Shown piece by piece: positions 38,661-48,428 of a stretch of 64,000 nucleotides of DNA. Origin of the DNA: Polyangiaceae bacterium (lineage in GTDB: Bacteria; Myxococcota_A; Polyangia; Polyangiales; Polyangiaceae); contig JANRKO010000006.1 of assembly GCA_033763455.1 (NCBI GenBank), positions 608,001 through 672,000 on the forward strand. Direction: 5' to 3'. The first letter of the stretch is position 1. Every line of letters begins with the position of its first letter. The position numbers were made by a program, and so were the translations under genes. The notes under the pieces are model-generated. The model was given only the letters and a program-made list of their open reading frames with translations. It had not been told where the DNA came from and ran no database searches.

Positions 38661-40514
38661 CTAAAGCCCGTACACTGCGCCGAGCGAAGGCTCGATAACG
38701 AGGCCCGAGGTTGGCAGCATGATCATGGCGTTGATGTTAAGCTGTAGCCCGAATCTCGGGCCGAGCTTGTACATGGCACCGCCGCCGAGCGTGACGAAGC
38801 CTTGGCCCATCTTCCTATACGCGTCGACGTCGTCACCGGCGCTTTGGAGGAACGCAGTTTGGTTGGCTTCTACGGCCCCGTTCACGCACTTCTGGAAAGG
38901 GGTTGCAATGTTTTTTCCCTTGTTGATTGGATCATTGACGGGATCTTTCAGCTGATTGCAATCCCGCACGCCTTTGATCTGCAACTTGGCGTCGACCTGG
39001 GCCAGGCCGCCACCCAGGTGAATGTACGGCAAGAGACCTGTTGCCGAGAGTGAACGGATCCAGAATACGCCGCGCCCCTCGGCGTGGTATGGGAGGAACG
39101 GATTTCCGAGCTTGGCACCTTCGCCGGCTAGAGCGTTTTCGTCCTTCTTGCCAGCGGGTGGGCCGCCCCCGATCGCGTAACCCGCACGCACCCCGAGCGT
39201 CAGGTGATCCATAAAGGCGCGGTCATAGCTTATGAGCAAACGTGTCGTGGCTAGCACAACGCCCGAGGGAGCATTGCTATCTCCCGGAAAGGGTTCGCCG
39301 ACGTAGGGAGTGTCAGACCCCGATTGGAAGCACGAGAAACCCTCCGCTGTTCCCCCCGCTGCCTGATAGTCAGCAACACACACGTCGTTGCCGCCGATAG
39401 ACGAGAAATCCTGCGCGATATGCAGACCGAACAGGTTCTTGTTGTACGGCTTCTCGTCACCCTCGTCCAAAGCGGCGGCGCACTTTCCGGCATCGCACAC
39501 GTTCGTTGGGCAGTCAGAATCCGTGGTGCAGCTAGGGGCGGTTTCACAGCCACCATCAATACAGAGGAGCCCACACTTGCACTCGCCAGAGCCTGCACAG
39601 GAGGCTCCCCAGTCTTTGTCACCGCACATGCCGCCGCTGCTGCTAGCCTTAGAAGCACTTCCGCAGCCTGGAAAATCAGGTGGGCACTCCACCTCTTCGG
39701 CGCAACGAGCCGGAGGCTTCTCACCAGGATAAGATGGCGGCTCAGCCTGAACTTCCTGCGCCACCTGAAAAACCAACGGCTTGCTCTTGCTTCCTAGGCT
39801 ATCGACCAAATCATCCCCTGAATCGAGCGCGCGGACGTATACATTCAGGGTGCCAACAACCTTGGTAGCTCCGCAGGGCACCAGCCCACGAAACTCATCC
39901 CCCACCTTCTGCATGGTGGCCGTTTTCCACTTCCCGCCATACTCTTTGTAGCGGATCTCCATGCGGGCCGCGCTCTCATCGGTGGAGCAGGACATCGGAA
40001 TGGCTCGTCGCGTCTGCACCTCGCGGACATCCGGGCTGCAGACCATGCTGCCTTCGCCCTCATCTTTCGCGGCGGGCGGGGGCTTGGCGGCGTCCGTTGC
40101 GGCTGGCGCGGGTGTGGTTGCGGCCGGTGCGGCAGCTCCGCCAGCTGCAAGGAAGGTTGCCTTTACCTCGGGGGTTGCCAAGGTTTCGTCGAGGGCGACG
40201 TTTCCGTCTATTGCGAGTGCCTTGGTGAAGGCTTCCGTCGCGCCCTGCGTGTCCTGTTTGCCGCTCCCGCGAACGAGCCCCACGTACATCCATGCTTTGG
40301 CGATCGTCGCAGGGCTGCACTTGTCGTCACAGGCGATGATGGTGCCCGTGAGCACCGCCTCGGCCTTGTCGAATTCGGTCGCCAAGTAGTGCTGGTTGAT
40401 CGCCTCGTCGATCTTCTGGAGCGCGGCTTTTTCTCGTGGGTATTGAGCCAAAACGGGGCTTACAACCAATAACACGAGGAAGGGAAGTAGTCGGATCAGG
40501 GATTTGCGGTGCAC
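38661..40514 (-). CDS. hypothetical exported protein (helical N-terminus, Cys-rich middle, barrel-like C-terminus)
   Basis: Signal peptide ending VLA; PAA linker; Cys-rich segment; amphipathic strands ending GAVYGL; start uncertain. Confidence 0.75.
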   Translation of the reverse strand: MHRKSLIRLLPFLVLLVVSPVLAQYPREKAALQKIDEAINQHYLATEFDKAEAVLTGTIIACDDKCSPATIAKAWMYVGLVRGSGKQDTQGATEAFTKALAIDGNVALDETLATPEVKATFLAAGGAAAPAATTPAPAATDAAKPPPAAKDEGEGSMVCSPDVREVQTRRAIPMSCSTDESAARMEIRYKEYGGKWKTATMQKVGDEFRGLVPCGATKVVGTLNVYVRALDSGDDLVDSLGSKSKPLVFQVAQEVQAEPPSYPGEKPPARCAEEVECPPDFPGCGSASKASSSGGMCGDKDWGASCAGSGECKCGLLCIDGGCETAPSCTTDSDCPTNVCDAGKCAAALDEGDEKPYNKNLFGLHIAQDFSSIGGNDVCVADYQAAGGTAEGFSCFQSGSDTPYVGEPFPGDSNAPSGVVLATTRLLISYDRAFMDHLTLGVRAGYAIGGGPPAGKKDENALAGEGAKLGNPFLPYHAEGRGVFWIRSLSATGLLPYIHLGGGLAQVDAKLQIKGVRDCNQLKDPVNDPINKGKNIATPFQKCVNGAVEANQTAFLQSAGDDVDAYRKMGQGFVTLGGGAMYKLGPRFGLQLNINAMIMLPTSGLVIEPSLGAVYGL

Positions 40515-40552
40515 GTGGGGTCTCCGTGATGGATGCAAAAAGGGGACGAAAC

Positions 40553-41698
40553 TCAGCCGCCGGTTTTGGGACAACCTTCCTTCACGCCCTCGGTTCTCAC
40601 GAATTGAACGCGGCGATTGAGCGCCATGTTCTCAGCGGAGTCGTTGGGTAGAAGGGGGCGGTCCATGCCGTAGCCTTTGGAGGTGAGACGCTCAGGAGGA
40701 ACGCCTTTAGACGTAAGATATTTCATGACCGAAGCGGCGCGCTGATCGCTCAAGCGCTTGTTGTAAGCAGCGCCACCTTTGTTGTCTGTGTGGCCTTGGA
40801 CCTCAAGCTTGAGCTCGGGGTTGCGCTCCAGGACCTCCTTGACCGCGTCTAGCACGGGGAAGCTCTCAGGGCGGATAACTGCCTTGTTGAATGCGAAATG
40901 GATCTGCTGGGTGATCTTGACTTCGCAATCGGTGACGACAGCCAGCGCCGGCTTGCTTGGGCAACCCTTCGGATCGCCGTCTGCAGGTCCGATTTCATTG
41001 GGACATTGGTCGTTAATATCCAAGACTTCGTCCCTATCGTTGTCCGAATCAGGGCAGCCGTCCGCGTCCTGGAAGCCGTCCATATCTTCAGGCTCGTTGG
41101 GACACTTGTCTTGTGCATCCACGAGGCCGTCCAGATCGTTGTCCACCTCTGGGCAACCATCCTCGTCGAGGTATGTATCCTTGTCTTCAGGCTCAAGCTG
41201 GCACGCATCCACCGAATCCGCCAGACCATCACCGTCTGTGTCTGCGTCGTCGGGGCAGCCATCTTGATCTTCGAAGCCGTTGAAGTTCTCCGGCTGCTCC
41301 GGGCACTTATCGTCAGGATCGAGATACCCGTCCCCGTCTTTATCCCCTGGCTGAGCTTTTGGCAGCGGCTTCGACTCCACGAAGGCCCGCTCAGCGCAGT
41401 ATTGCGGTGGTGAAAGAAACTGGGAGGCATGGGCGTTCGCCTCAGCCTTCCAGAGATGAGCCTCAGCCTTTGAAATGAAGCCTTGATCTAGCTCCAACTC
41501 GGCAAATTGAAGCTGGCTCTTAGCGATGGCCAACTCGCGCGGAGCGCAACGGATAGCCCCATTTCGCTCCGCCTGTTCGGCAATCTGCCGAAGCCCTGCA
41601 ATTTGCCCTCGCAGCTGGCCGCCCGCGCTACACGCGAACACTACGCAAACGGAGAGCGCAAGCGTTGCACGCGAGAGCACGATATGGGTACGCTTCAT
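40553..41698 (-). CDS. OmpA-family lipoprotein with DUF4398-like N-terminus and thrombospondin type-3 repeats
   Basis: Lipobox VFAC; four DxDxD...D.C repeats; IHFAFNKA, VQGHTD, N..LSDQRA.SV, GYG, NRRVQF. Confidence 0.92.
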   Translation of the reverse strand: MKRTHIVLSRATLALSVCVVFACSAGGQLRGQIAGLRQIAEQAERNGAIRCAPRELAIAKSQLQFAELELDQGFISKAEAHLWKAEANAHASQFLSPPQYCAERAFVESKPLPKAQPGDKDGDGYLDPDDKCPEQPENFNGFEDQDGCPDDADTDGDGLADSVDACQLEPEDKDTYLDEDGCPEVDNDLDGLVDAQDKCPNEPEDMDGFQDADGCPDSDNDRDEVLDINDQCPNEIGPADGDPKGCPSKPALAVVTDCEVKITQQIHFAFNKAVIRPESFPVLDAVKEVLERNPELKLEVQGHTDNKGGAAYNKRLSDQRAASVMKYLTSKGVPPERLTSKGYGMDRPLLPNDSAENMALNRRVQFVRTEGVKEGCPKTGG

Positions 41699-41997
41699 CG
41701 GCCTGCTCCGCGATGTGCCTCGCGTGCGAAAGAGATGGCCTTATCAGCGTACTCTTCACTGACGCTCGCTAGATCGATTGCGTCGCCGTAATCCGCTTCG
41801 GCGGCTTCTGATTGAGCTTTTTCCAGGTGCTCCTTGGCGATGTAATACTCATACGGGGCCAGGCGCTCCGCACCGAGCTCATGCGCTTGTTCGAGCTTGG
41901 TAGCCGCAGCGTTAATTCGCACCGAATACAGAGCATTGCCGCAGCCAAAAAGCAGCGTACAGGCGCATGCTAGCGCGGCGGGCACCGCCCAGGACAT
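41695..41997 (-). CDS. DUF4398-like lipoprotein
   Basis: LFGC lipobox; GAERLAPYEY..A...L.KA...A; overlaps the OmpA gene start; start uncertain. Confidence 0.8.
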   Translation of the reverse strand: MSWAVPAALACACTLLFGCGNALYSVRINAAATKLEQAHELGAERLAPYEYYIAKEHLEKAQSEAAEADYGDAIDLASVSEEYADKAISFAREAHRGAGR

Positions 41998-42286
41998 CAA
42001 TGTTGAGGCGCGGTGTGTCTCCAGCAACTTGAACCTAGATCCCGGTGGTAAGCGTCTTCGTGCAACATCGCGTAAGGCCGGCCCAGCATTACGACGGAAG
42101 AACGCTAGCAATCCCACCAAGATGGCGTCAATACGGCTTCAGCTGTGAGCGACCTTTCGCAGTGGCCCGCGAGGCCCACCCTCCAACTTGTGCAGCTTAC
42201 GGCCGGCGCCCACCCGCGCAAAAGCAAGCACAGGCCCCTGGCCGACCCAACTCGACGCTACCCCCTTGGCTCACCCGGGTATCAGC

Positions 42287-42931
42287 CTAGAGGCGGCGGA
42301 AAACCCCAACGACCTTGCCGAGCAACATCGTTGTCTTAAAGTCTATAGCCCGGACCAAGATGGCTGCCATTTGCGAGTTGGCAGGCTCAAAACGAACGTA
42401 ATCTTTTTCGGGGTAGTAGTACTTTACCGTCGCCTCGTCACCGATGAGCGCCACCACGATATCTCCGCGCTCGGCAGCGGCCTGCTTTCGCACGAAAATG
42501 TAGTCGCCGTTGAAGATCCCGGCCTCAATCATCGAGTCTCCCGCAACACGCAGCCCAAAGACATCACGACCACCGTTGACCATCATTCGGTCAATTCTTA
42601 CGACGTCGACGACATTCTCTTCTGCCAGCATCGGCAGCCCGGCTGCCACACGCCCCAAAATCTGGATCTCGAGCATATCTTCGTCGGCATCGAACGTCGG
42701 CGCGTTGGCAGGCTCGCTACTGTGGACGAGGCGCAACGCACGACTCTTCATGTCTTCTCGGCTGAGGTAGCCCTTCCGCTCCAGCGCGCGCAAATGATCA
42801 TTCACGCCGTTGGTTGAGCGAATGCCCATGTGGGTACCGATCTCTCGAAGCGTTGGCGGGTAGCCACGATTCTCAATGGAGGTGCGGATGAAGGTGAGAG
42901 TTTGTTCCTGGCGTTTGGTAAGCCCCTGCAT
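42287..42931 (-). CDS. lexA: SOS repressor LexA
   Basis: [23 protein letters not shown] cleavage site, GDSM, EATVK; true start MQGLT at 42931, not 43399. Confidence 0.97.
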   Translation of the reverse strand: MQGLTKRQEQTLTFIRTSIENRGYPPTLREIGTHMGIRSTNGVNDHLRALERKGYLSREDMKSRALRLVHSSEPANAPTFDADEDMLEIQILGRVAAGLPMLAEENVVDVVRIDRMMVNGGRDVFGLRVAGDSMIEAGIFNGDYIFVRKQAAAERGDIVVALIGDEATVKYYYPEKDYVRFEPANSQMAAILVRAIDFKTTMLLGKVVGVFRRL

Positions 42932-42940
42932 GGCTGGCGA

Positions 42941-42969
42941 AGGATACTGAACGGGTGTTAGGACGTCAA
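42941..42969 (-). promoter_or_regulatory. lexA promoter with SOS box in the spacer
   Basis: Minus strand TTGACG-N17-TATCCT; spacer carries CCTAAC-ACCC-GTTCAG (42947-42962), close to the Myxococcus LexA consensus CTRHAMRYBYGTTCAGS. Confidence 0.8.
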
Positions 42970-43007
42970 CTTTCTCGTCCCTGAATGGGCGGGCGCGTCG
43001 AGCCGCC

Positions 43008-43472
43008 TCAAAAGCGCCCACTGACGCTGAGAAAAGTGAGCTTATCAGTGGTTTCCCGGAGGCGCCGCACGAGCATGCGCACGGTACTCCAGAGCACTTC
43101 GTAGGCGAGATCCTTCTGCATGAAGAGCAAATCGTCGAAGCGAGCCTTGGAAATCGACAGCAGCTTACACTTCTCATGGGCCTTGGCGTCCGCCGAACGC
43201 GGAGACTCATCGAGTAAGGCCATTTCGCCAAAAGCTTGCCCCGCCCCAAGCACGGCAAGAGCTTCTTCTCCCATGCCTGATACCTCCCGGCTGATGCGGA
43301 TTTTGCCCTCAAGGATGATGTAGAGCTTGTCCCCCACCTCGCCATGGCTGAAAATCTTGGTGCCCGCGCCGAAGGTTTCTTCGGCGGCGACAGCGGCAAT
43401 AAGTTGGAGGCCCTCGGGCTTTAGGCCTGCGAAGAGCTCCACTTGGCTTAGCTGTTTGGCGAATTCATCCAT
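43008..43472 (-). CDS. stand-alone cyclic-nucleotide-binding domain protein
   Basis: [37 protein letters not shown]; no HTH; start may be 43510. Confidence 0.9.
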   Translation of the reverse strand: MDEFAKQLSQVELFAGLKPEGLQLIAAVAAEETFGAGTKIFSHGEVGDKLYIILEGKIRISREVSGMGEEALAVLGAGQAFGEMALLDESPRSADAKAHEKCKLLSISKARFDDLLFMQKDLAYEVLWSTVRMLVRRLRETTDKLTFLSVSGRF

Positions 43473-43590
43473 AGCCCGGGGCTTCTTTTTTAGCGCACTC
43501 TCATCCTGCATAGCAGAACACCCGGACCTCTTCGACCACCGGTTTGCAGGGGCACAGGTCGAAGCCAACGAGCTTTGTTAATTTGATCGG

Positions 43591-44436
43591 CTAGCGGGCC
43601 CGGGTAAAGTTCACCTTTATTGGGCCTGCGACACCAGCAATCGGCTTGCCGAGCCGATCGCGGGCGGGCAGGAAGGTTGTCCGGTTCGCGCAGCTCTTGG
43701 CACGTGTCCCAAACCCAAGGCCTGCAGGCGTTTCGGAAAGTATGGAGACACCGGTGATGCTTCCTGATGCAGATACCGAGACTGTGAGCACGACGCGCGC
43801 AAAATCAACCTGAGCCGCATCTGCCTCTGGGGGAAAACCACAGCGCTGCATGATATCCCCCGTGGCCCATGTAGCCGGCTTGGAGAGATCTACCGCGGGC
43901 GCGGCAACTGAGGCCGCCGGGCGCGTTCCACCAGGAAGGCCAACGGTAGATGGTTTCTGGCTAACTGCAACCTTGGAGCTCCCTTTCGAGGTTGTATAGC
44001 CGCCCGCATAACTTTCGGCGGTGCCAGTGACAAATCCTTCCGCAGTTAGATCCAGCGGCGCGCTTGGATCTGGTTCTTGCGTTATCACTTGCGCGGCTTC
44101 TGCCGCGACCGGCGGGGGAGGGGCTTCAGACGACGCTGGCCGAGGTGTGACATCCGGTTCGGGTTTGGTCGGCTCAGGTGGGGGAGGCGGCTCCGGCTCC
44201 GGCTTCTCTTCTGGAAGAGGGGGAGGCTCGTCTATCTCGTACGTGAGGGCCCACCGATTCTTAACGTGATCCAAAACGCTCTGTGCAAATTTTCCAGCCT
44301 CGGCCGTCGAGAGCATGCCAAAGATTAGGAACGTTCCATGCAATACCAGCGCGATAAGAGTGCCCCACGCAGTCCGAAGGCTTCCCTCGTCGGATCGAAA
44401 ATTTTCTAGCGCTGAGGCTCTGGATGGGGCGTTCAC
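43591..44436 (-). CDS. tonB: TonB-like energy transducer
   Basis: TM helix with His, Pro/Glu-rich linker, TonB_C-like FPPEA...V.L.V.V...G, FLPAR...GKPI; follows exbB-exbD. Confidence 0.75.
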   Translation of the reverse strand: MNAPSRASALENFRSDEGSLRTAWGTLIALVLHGTFLIFGMLSTAEAGKFAQSVLDHVKNRWALTYEIDEPPPLPEEKPEPEPPPPPEPTKPEPDVTPRPASSEAPPPPVAAEAAQVITQEPDPSAPLDLTAEGFVTGTAESYAGGYTTSKGSSKVAVSQKPSTVGLPGGTRPAASVAAPAVDLSKPATWATGDIMQRCGFPPEADAAQVDFARVVLTVSVSASGSITGVSILSETPAGLGFGTRAKSCANRTTFLPARDRLGKPIAGVAGPIKVNFTRAR

Positions 44437-44543
44437 GAGAAGTGGGAGGAACCTTGGGCCCAGCCGTCAGGAAAGCAACTACCTTCAACGAACGGGCACT
44501 CTAGATGCTCGCCCGGGCGCCATGTCGCTCGGCGCCCAGCCGG

Positions 44544-44966
44544 CTAGCGCTTGGTCTCGGGAGTCACCGCGAAGGCGATTTTTGCGATCTTCGCCTTCTG
44601 TAGGGTGCTCAGCACTTGCATGACGCTTCCGTGGTCAACGTTTTCATCACCGCGAATGATCGCGCGCAGATCTTTATCTTTTTGCTTGGCCTCTGTGGCG
44701 AGCGCCAACAGGGCGTCAGCGCTCTTCACCAGATCTTTGTTGACGTACGTCTTGCCGTCGGACGTGACGTCCACCGAGAAGCTCAAGGGAAGTTGTTCAG
44801 CGTTTTGCTGGCTGGCCTGAGGGAGCTTCATCCCGACGCCCTGGGAAACGATAACCTTGGCAGTCACCATCATGATGATGAGGAGCACCAAGGTTACATC
44901 CACGAGGGGGGTGACGTTGATCCCTGAGATCATCCCTTCGTCGTCTGAACTCGCTCCGCCAGCCAT
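44544..44966 (-). CDS. exbD: biopolymer transporter ExbD/TolR
   Basis: INVTPLVDVTLVLLII, IRGD..V.HG.V. Confidence 0.92.
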   Translation of the reverse strand: MAGGASSDDEGMISGINVTPLVDVTLVLLIIMMVTAKVIVSQGVGMKLPQASQQNAEQLPLSFSVDVTSDGKTYVNKDLVKSADALLALATEAKQKDKDLRAIIRGDENVDHGSVMQVLSTLQKAKIAKIAFAVTPETKR

Positions 44967-44972
44967 GGCTGA

Positions 44973-45659
44973 TTATTCCTCGCCGTCCGAGTCGCTCGCG
45001 CCGGAGTTGTCAGCAACAAGGTGAGCAAGGAGTACGCGCGTCAATGCTTCGGTGTTCGCCAAGACCGCCTTCGAATGGCGCATAAAGTAGTTGAACATCA
45101 CAACCGCTGGGATAGCGACTACGAGGCCTACGGCGGTTGCAACCAGCGCCTCAGCAATCGCTCCCATTACCTGTTGCGGTGCCATTGCGCTGCTCTGCGC
45201 TTGGGCAGCGACCGCGTCCTGCGCTGCCAAGCCTTCGAACGCTTCGACAACGCCGATAACAGTACCAAACAGGCCGATGAAGGGGGCGTTGTTACCCAGG
45301 GTCCCGAGGAACGCTAGGCGACGCTCGAGCTTCATGCGCTGAAGGGCGACTGCACCCATCATAGCCTCGTCAGCCGATTTGGCACCGTGATCTGCCTCGT
45401 TGATGCCGACAAGTACGACTGCTGCTTCAGCACTCGGGGAGGCTTCGAGGCGTTTTCGTGCGCCGGCAAGGTCACCCTTGCGCAGCAGAGCCCTAAAGTC
45501 AGCCACGAGCTTGGGGAGGTCGTCCCGCAACGTGTAATAGAACCATGCCCGCTCCAGCATTACCGCGAGCGAAATCACACTGAGCCCGATCAACAACCAC
45601 ATCACCCACCCAGCGCCAAACTGGGTCATCAAACGCTGGAGCCATTCGACGATGTTCAT
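44973..45659 (-). CDS. exbB: MotA/TolQ/ExbB proton channel
   Basis: LGTLGNNAPFIGLFGTVIG, IAEALVATAVGL.VAIPA. Confidence 0.92.
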   Translation of the reverse strand: MNIVEWLQRLMTQFGAGWVMWLLIGLSVISLAVMLERAWFYYTLRDDLPKLVADFRALLRKGDLAGARKRLEASPSAEAAVVLVGINEADHGAKSADEAMMGAVALQRMKLERRLAFLGTLGNNAPFIGLFGTVIGVVEAFEGLAAQDAVAAQAQSSAMAPQQVMGAIAEALVATAVGLVVAIPAVVMFNYFMRHSKAVLANTEALTRVLLAHLVADNSGASDSDGEE

Positions 45660-45991
45660 TTTTCTTGAAACCTCTCAGATGCCCGCTCGGGGCTGGCTCG
45701 CACTCGCGAGCGAAACCGATGCCTGATTCAATGCCAGAAAATGTCGGCCCAGTGGGACCTTCATGTTTACGGCCGCTACCGCCTACCACACCTCAGGGGC
45801 GGCGGCCTAGCGGAACAAAGGGCGATGGCGCTCTTTTCTTGGCTACGCGTTGCGCGGTCAAACCCCAGGGATGGGCCGCCGATCAGACGCTTTTTCGGCC
45901 AATTTTGCGCGCGGCACCCGGCCCGGTGCAAGCCCTCCGGGTCCAAGCAGAAAGCCCGAGGCTTCTGCTAAAGGAAGGCTTGGCCCAGGGC

Positions 45992-47518
45992 TCAGAGCTC
46001 GTGCGGCATCAGGTCGTGTGGGGACCGAAAGAACTGCTGCGGTGAATATGCACGCAAGCAGGAGACTCGGCGCATATAGATGTCGGCGTACGTTTCCACC
46101 TGCAGGCCGAACATACTCATCTCGTTGCCCTCTTTGAGCAATGAGCCCCAGTAAAGGTGAAAGCGCTGATCGATTCGATCTTCGAGGAGCTCGTGTTCAC
46201 GGCCCAGTTTTTTGAGTTCGGCTCGCACACGCTCAAGCGCTCGTTTGAGTCGAACCAACTCGTCGCTCAAGCCATCGGGGGCGGGCTCGTTATCCAGCTG
46301 GCGTGCCGTGTCTTTGATGTGACGCTGGTAATAACGAAGCTCATCCTCCAGCAGATCATGCGCTTCCTCGATTTGTCGTTGCCGCTCCCTATCTGCAGCG
46401 CACGCCTCGTGCGCTGATATCTCAGCGTCAAGTTCCTGAATGATCATTGCTGTGCGCCACGACGTTTCCTTCTTGGAGCGGAGGATGTCACCGTAGATAT
46501 GGTCGCCCACGTAGAGCACGCTCGACCCGACGACCTTGGTGAGGCGCTCGAAGTCTTTGAGGTTCCCCCCCTCGTAGAGCTTGCCCTTTTCGAAAGCCGC
46601 TTCTTTAATGGGGCGCGAGCCTTTGGGAGAAACTTCCAAAAATGGGCTTCCTTCCTGGAACCAGATGGGCTTCTTCGCACTGCAGATCGCCACGTCGAAG
46701 TAATGCTGCCAGGAGGGATATTCTGGCATGGCATCCCCCAAGAGGTACGTCATCATCTGTTCGGTGTAATGAGGCGGGGAATTGGTGAGCAGGAAGAGCC
46801 GCTTGCCTGCTGAGCGAAGCTTGTGGAGGCTGCGGGCAAGATCGGGGTCTCTCTGCACGAAGTGCGAAAGGTTGCTTGTAACCGCCTTGTATACCGAGCC
46901 GTCGGCGTGGGCTGCGTCGATCGAGGCGCGCACGTCAAGGAACAGTCGATCGTAATCAGGCGTCTCGCCGGCCCTGGTGAACTGCTCAACGATAGCCGCG
47001 TACGCCGCAACCTCACTCAAAGCAAAGAGCGTGTCTATCCAGTGGTAGCGCTTCGTATGCGGCTGGATACGCTGATCGTGGTACAGCGCTTGGAGCTCTG
47101 CACGCGAAAGCCTTGAGAGCCCATGGTAGCCCTTTTGAATCGCTTTGTAGCGATCCATTTTGAGTACGTGCCCCTGCACCTTATCCACGACGAGGCCGCG
47201 GATGGGAAAGCGTGTGTCGTAGCTACATTCGGACAGCGACCTTGGATAGCCGCGCTCGATCAGCTTTTCCACGGTTAAGCTGACGCTGAGCGCATCCATG
47301 GCAGCCTGATCATAAATGGCCAACGTGTAATCCATGTCGAAGCCAACCCACTCGATCTCCCCGAGCTTGAGGTTGCGACACACAAAGACGCGATCAGCCC
47401 TGGGGATCCGTTTCTGGTCGCCCAGCTCTGCGGCCAAGCCCGGCAGTGGCAACGTCAATTGAGGGCGGAGTGAAGGGGGTCTCTGCGGTTCGTTCTTCAG
47501 AATCAAGGGTTGGTTCAT
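45992..47518 (-). CDS. HAD-IG family 5'-nucleotidase (cN-II-like)
   Basis: GFDMDYTLA, LFLLTNS, KP, YVGDHIYGDI, ADIY. Confidence 0.92.
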   Translation of the reverse strand: MNQPLILKNEPQRPPSLRPQLTLPLPGLAAELGDQKRIPRADRVFVCRNLKLGEIEWVGFDMDYTLAIYDQAAMDALSVSLTVEKLIERGYPRSLSECSYDTRFPIRGLVVDKVQGHVLKMDRYKAIQKGYHGLSRLSRAELQALYHDQRIQPHTKRYHWIDTLFALSEVAAYAAIVEQFTRAGETPDYDRLFLDVRASIDAAHADGSVYKAVTSNLSHFVQRDPDLARSLHKLRSAGKRLFLLTNSPPHYTEQMMTYLLGDAMPEYPSWQHYFDVAICSAKKPIWFQEGSPFLEVSPKGSRPIKEAAFEKGKLYEGGNLKDFERLTKVVGSSVLYVGDHIYGDILRSKKETSWRTAMIIQELDAEISAHEACAADRERQRQIEEAHDLLEDELRYYQRHIKDTARQLDNEPAPDGLSDELVRLKRALERVRAELKKLGREHELLEDRIDQRFHLYWGSLLKEGNEMSMFGLQVETYADIYMRRVSCLRAYSPQQFFRSPHDLMPHEL

Positions 47519-47635
47519 GCACACCCGCTTAGAGAAAATTAACGCTACCTTTCCAAATGTAGCAGACATGCCCGCTTTCGGTAGCCATCAGCAAGACTAG
47601 CCGTACGCTACTTCTGGGGCCTAAACTTAAGGGGA

Positions 47636-48355
47636 ATGCTGCCCGTAAGGATTGTCGTCACCGGAGAGCCCGTGGAGAGCGTTTTCCGCGAACGGGGAAA
47701 CTTCGCGAAGTTGATACGTGAGGCTGTGGGAGATGCCTGGCCGGGACCCTGGGAGGAGGTCGATAGTCGTGTAGACGATCTACTTGCGTGTGGCCGAGAT
47801 GCGGGAGCCGTCATAGTAACGGGGTCGCCCGCGAGCGTCTTGGAGCGAGCGCCCTGGATGCTGCGTACGGAGGAATACCTGCGGCGCGAGGCCGCCCGCG
47901 GGACACCTATTCTCGGAGTGTGCTTTGGGCACCAACTCCTCGCTCAAGCGCTCGGCGGGGAGGTTCAGAAGAATCCAAACGGTAGGGAGATGGGGACGGT
48001 AGAGGTGCGTGTGTTGCGAGGGGACGCTGTGTTGGACGCGGACGCTTTGCCCTTTACCGCGAACATGACTCACGTCGATTCGGTAGTGAAGTTGCCTGTG
48101 GGCGCTGAGGTTCTAGGGCAGACGGAGAAGGATCCTCACGCCGTTGTGCGCTTTGCCGACAAGGTGTGGGGCGTACAATTTCACCCGGAGATAACCGGTG
48201 ACGTTATGCGCGGTTACGTGCGTGCACGTTGGGAGATCCTCGAGAGCGAGGGTTTGGACCCAGCTGATCTGCTTGCGGCTTCCCGCGACGCCGATCCCGG
48301 GCGCTCAGTCCTCTCGCGTTTTGTAGAACAACTCGGGCGCCCTTTCCCAACGTAA
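47636..48355 (+). CDS. class I glutamine amidotransferase
   Basis: TGSPASV, GVCFGHQ nucleophile, QFHPE. Confidence 0.92.
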   Translation: MLPVRIVVTGEPVESVFRERGNFAKLIREAVGDAWPGPWEEVDSRVDDLLACGRDAGAVIVTGSPASVLERAPWMLRTEEYLRREAARGTPILGVCFGHQLLAQALGGEVQKNPNGREMGTVEVRVLRGDAVLDADALPFTANMTHVDSVVKLPVGAEVLGQTEKDPHAVVRFADKVWGVQFHPEITGDVMRGYVRARWEILESEGLDPADLLAASRDADPGRSVLSRFVEQLGRPFPT

Positions 48356-48428
48356 GCGGAGCCGAGAGAGCCACCCGGGCCCGCCTTCGCTCGACTTGCT
48401 CACCCGGCTGCGCTAAGGGGGCCGGCCT

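Noticed and set aside
42932..43399. N-terminal extension of LexA in the ORF track
   Set aside because: Overlaps the CNB gene in another frame; promoter and SOS box sit immediately before the ATG at 42931
45660..45991. Cobalamin riboswitch upstream of exbB
   Set aside because: Context is suggestive but I could not find the B12-box or the GGGAA...GCCCCCGCAACTGT core on the minus strand
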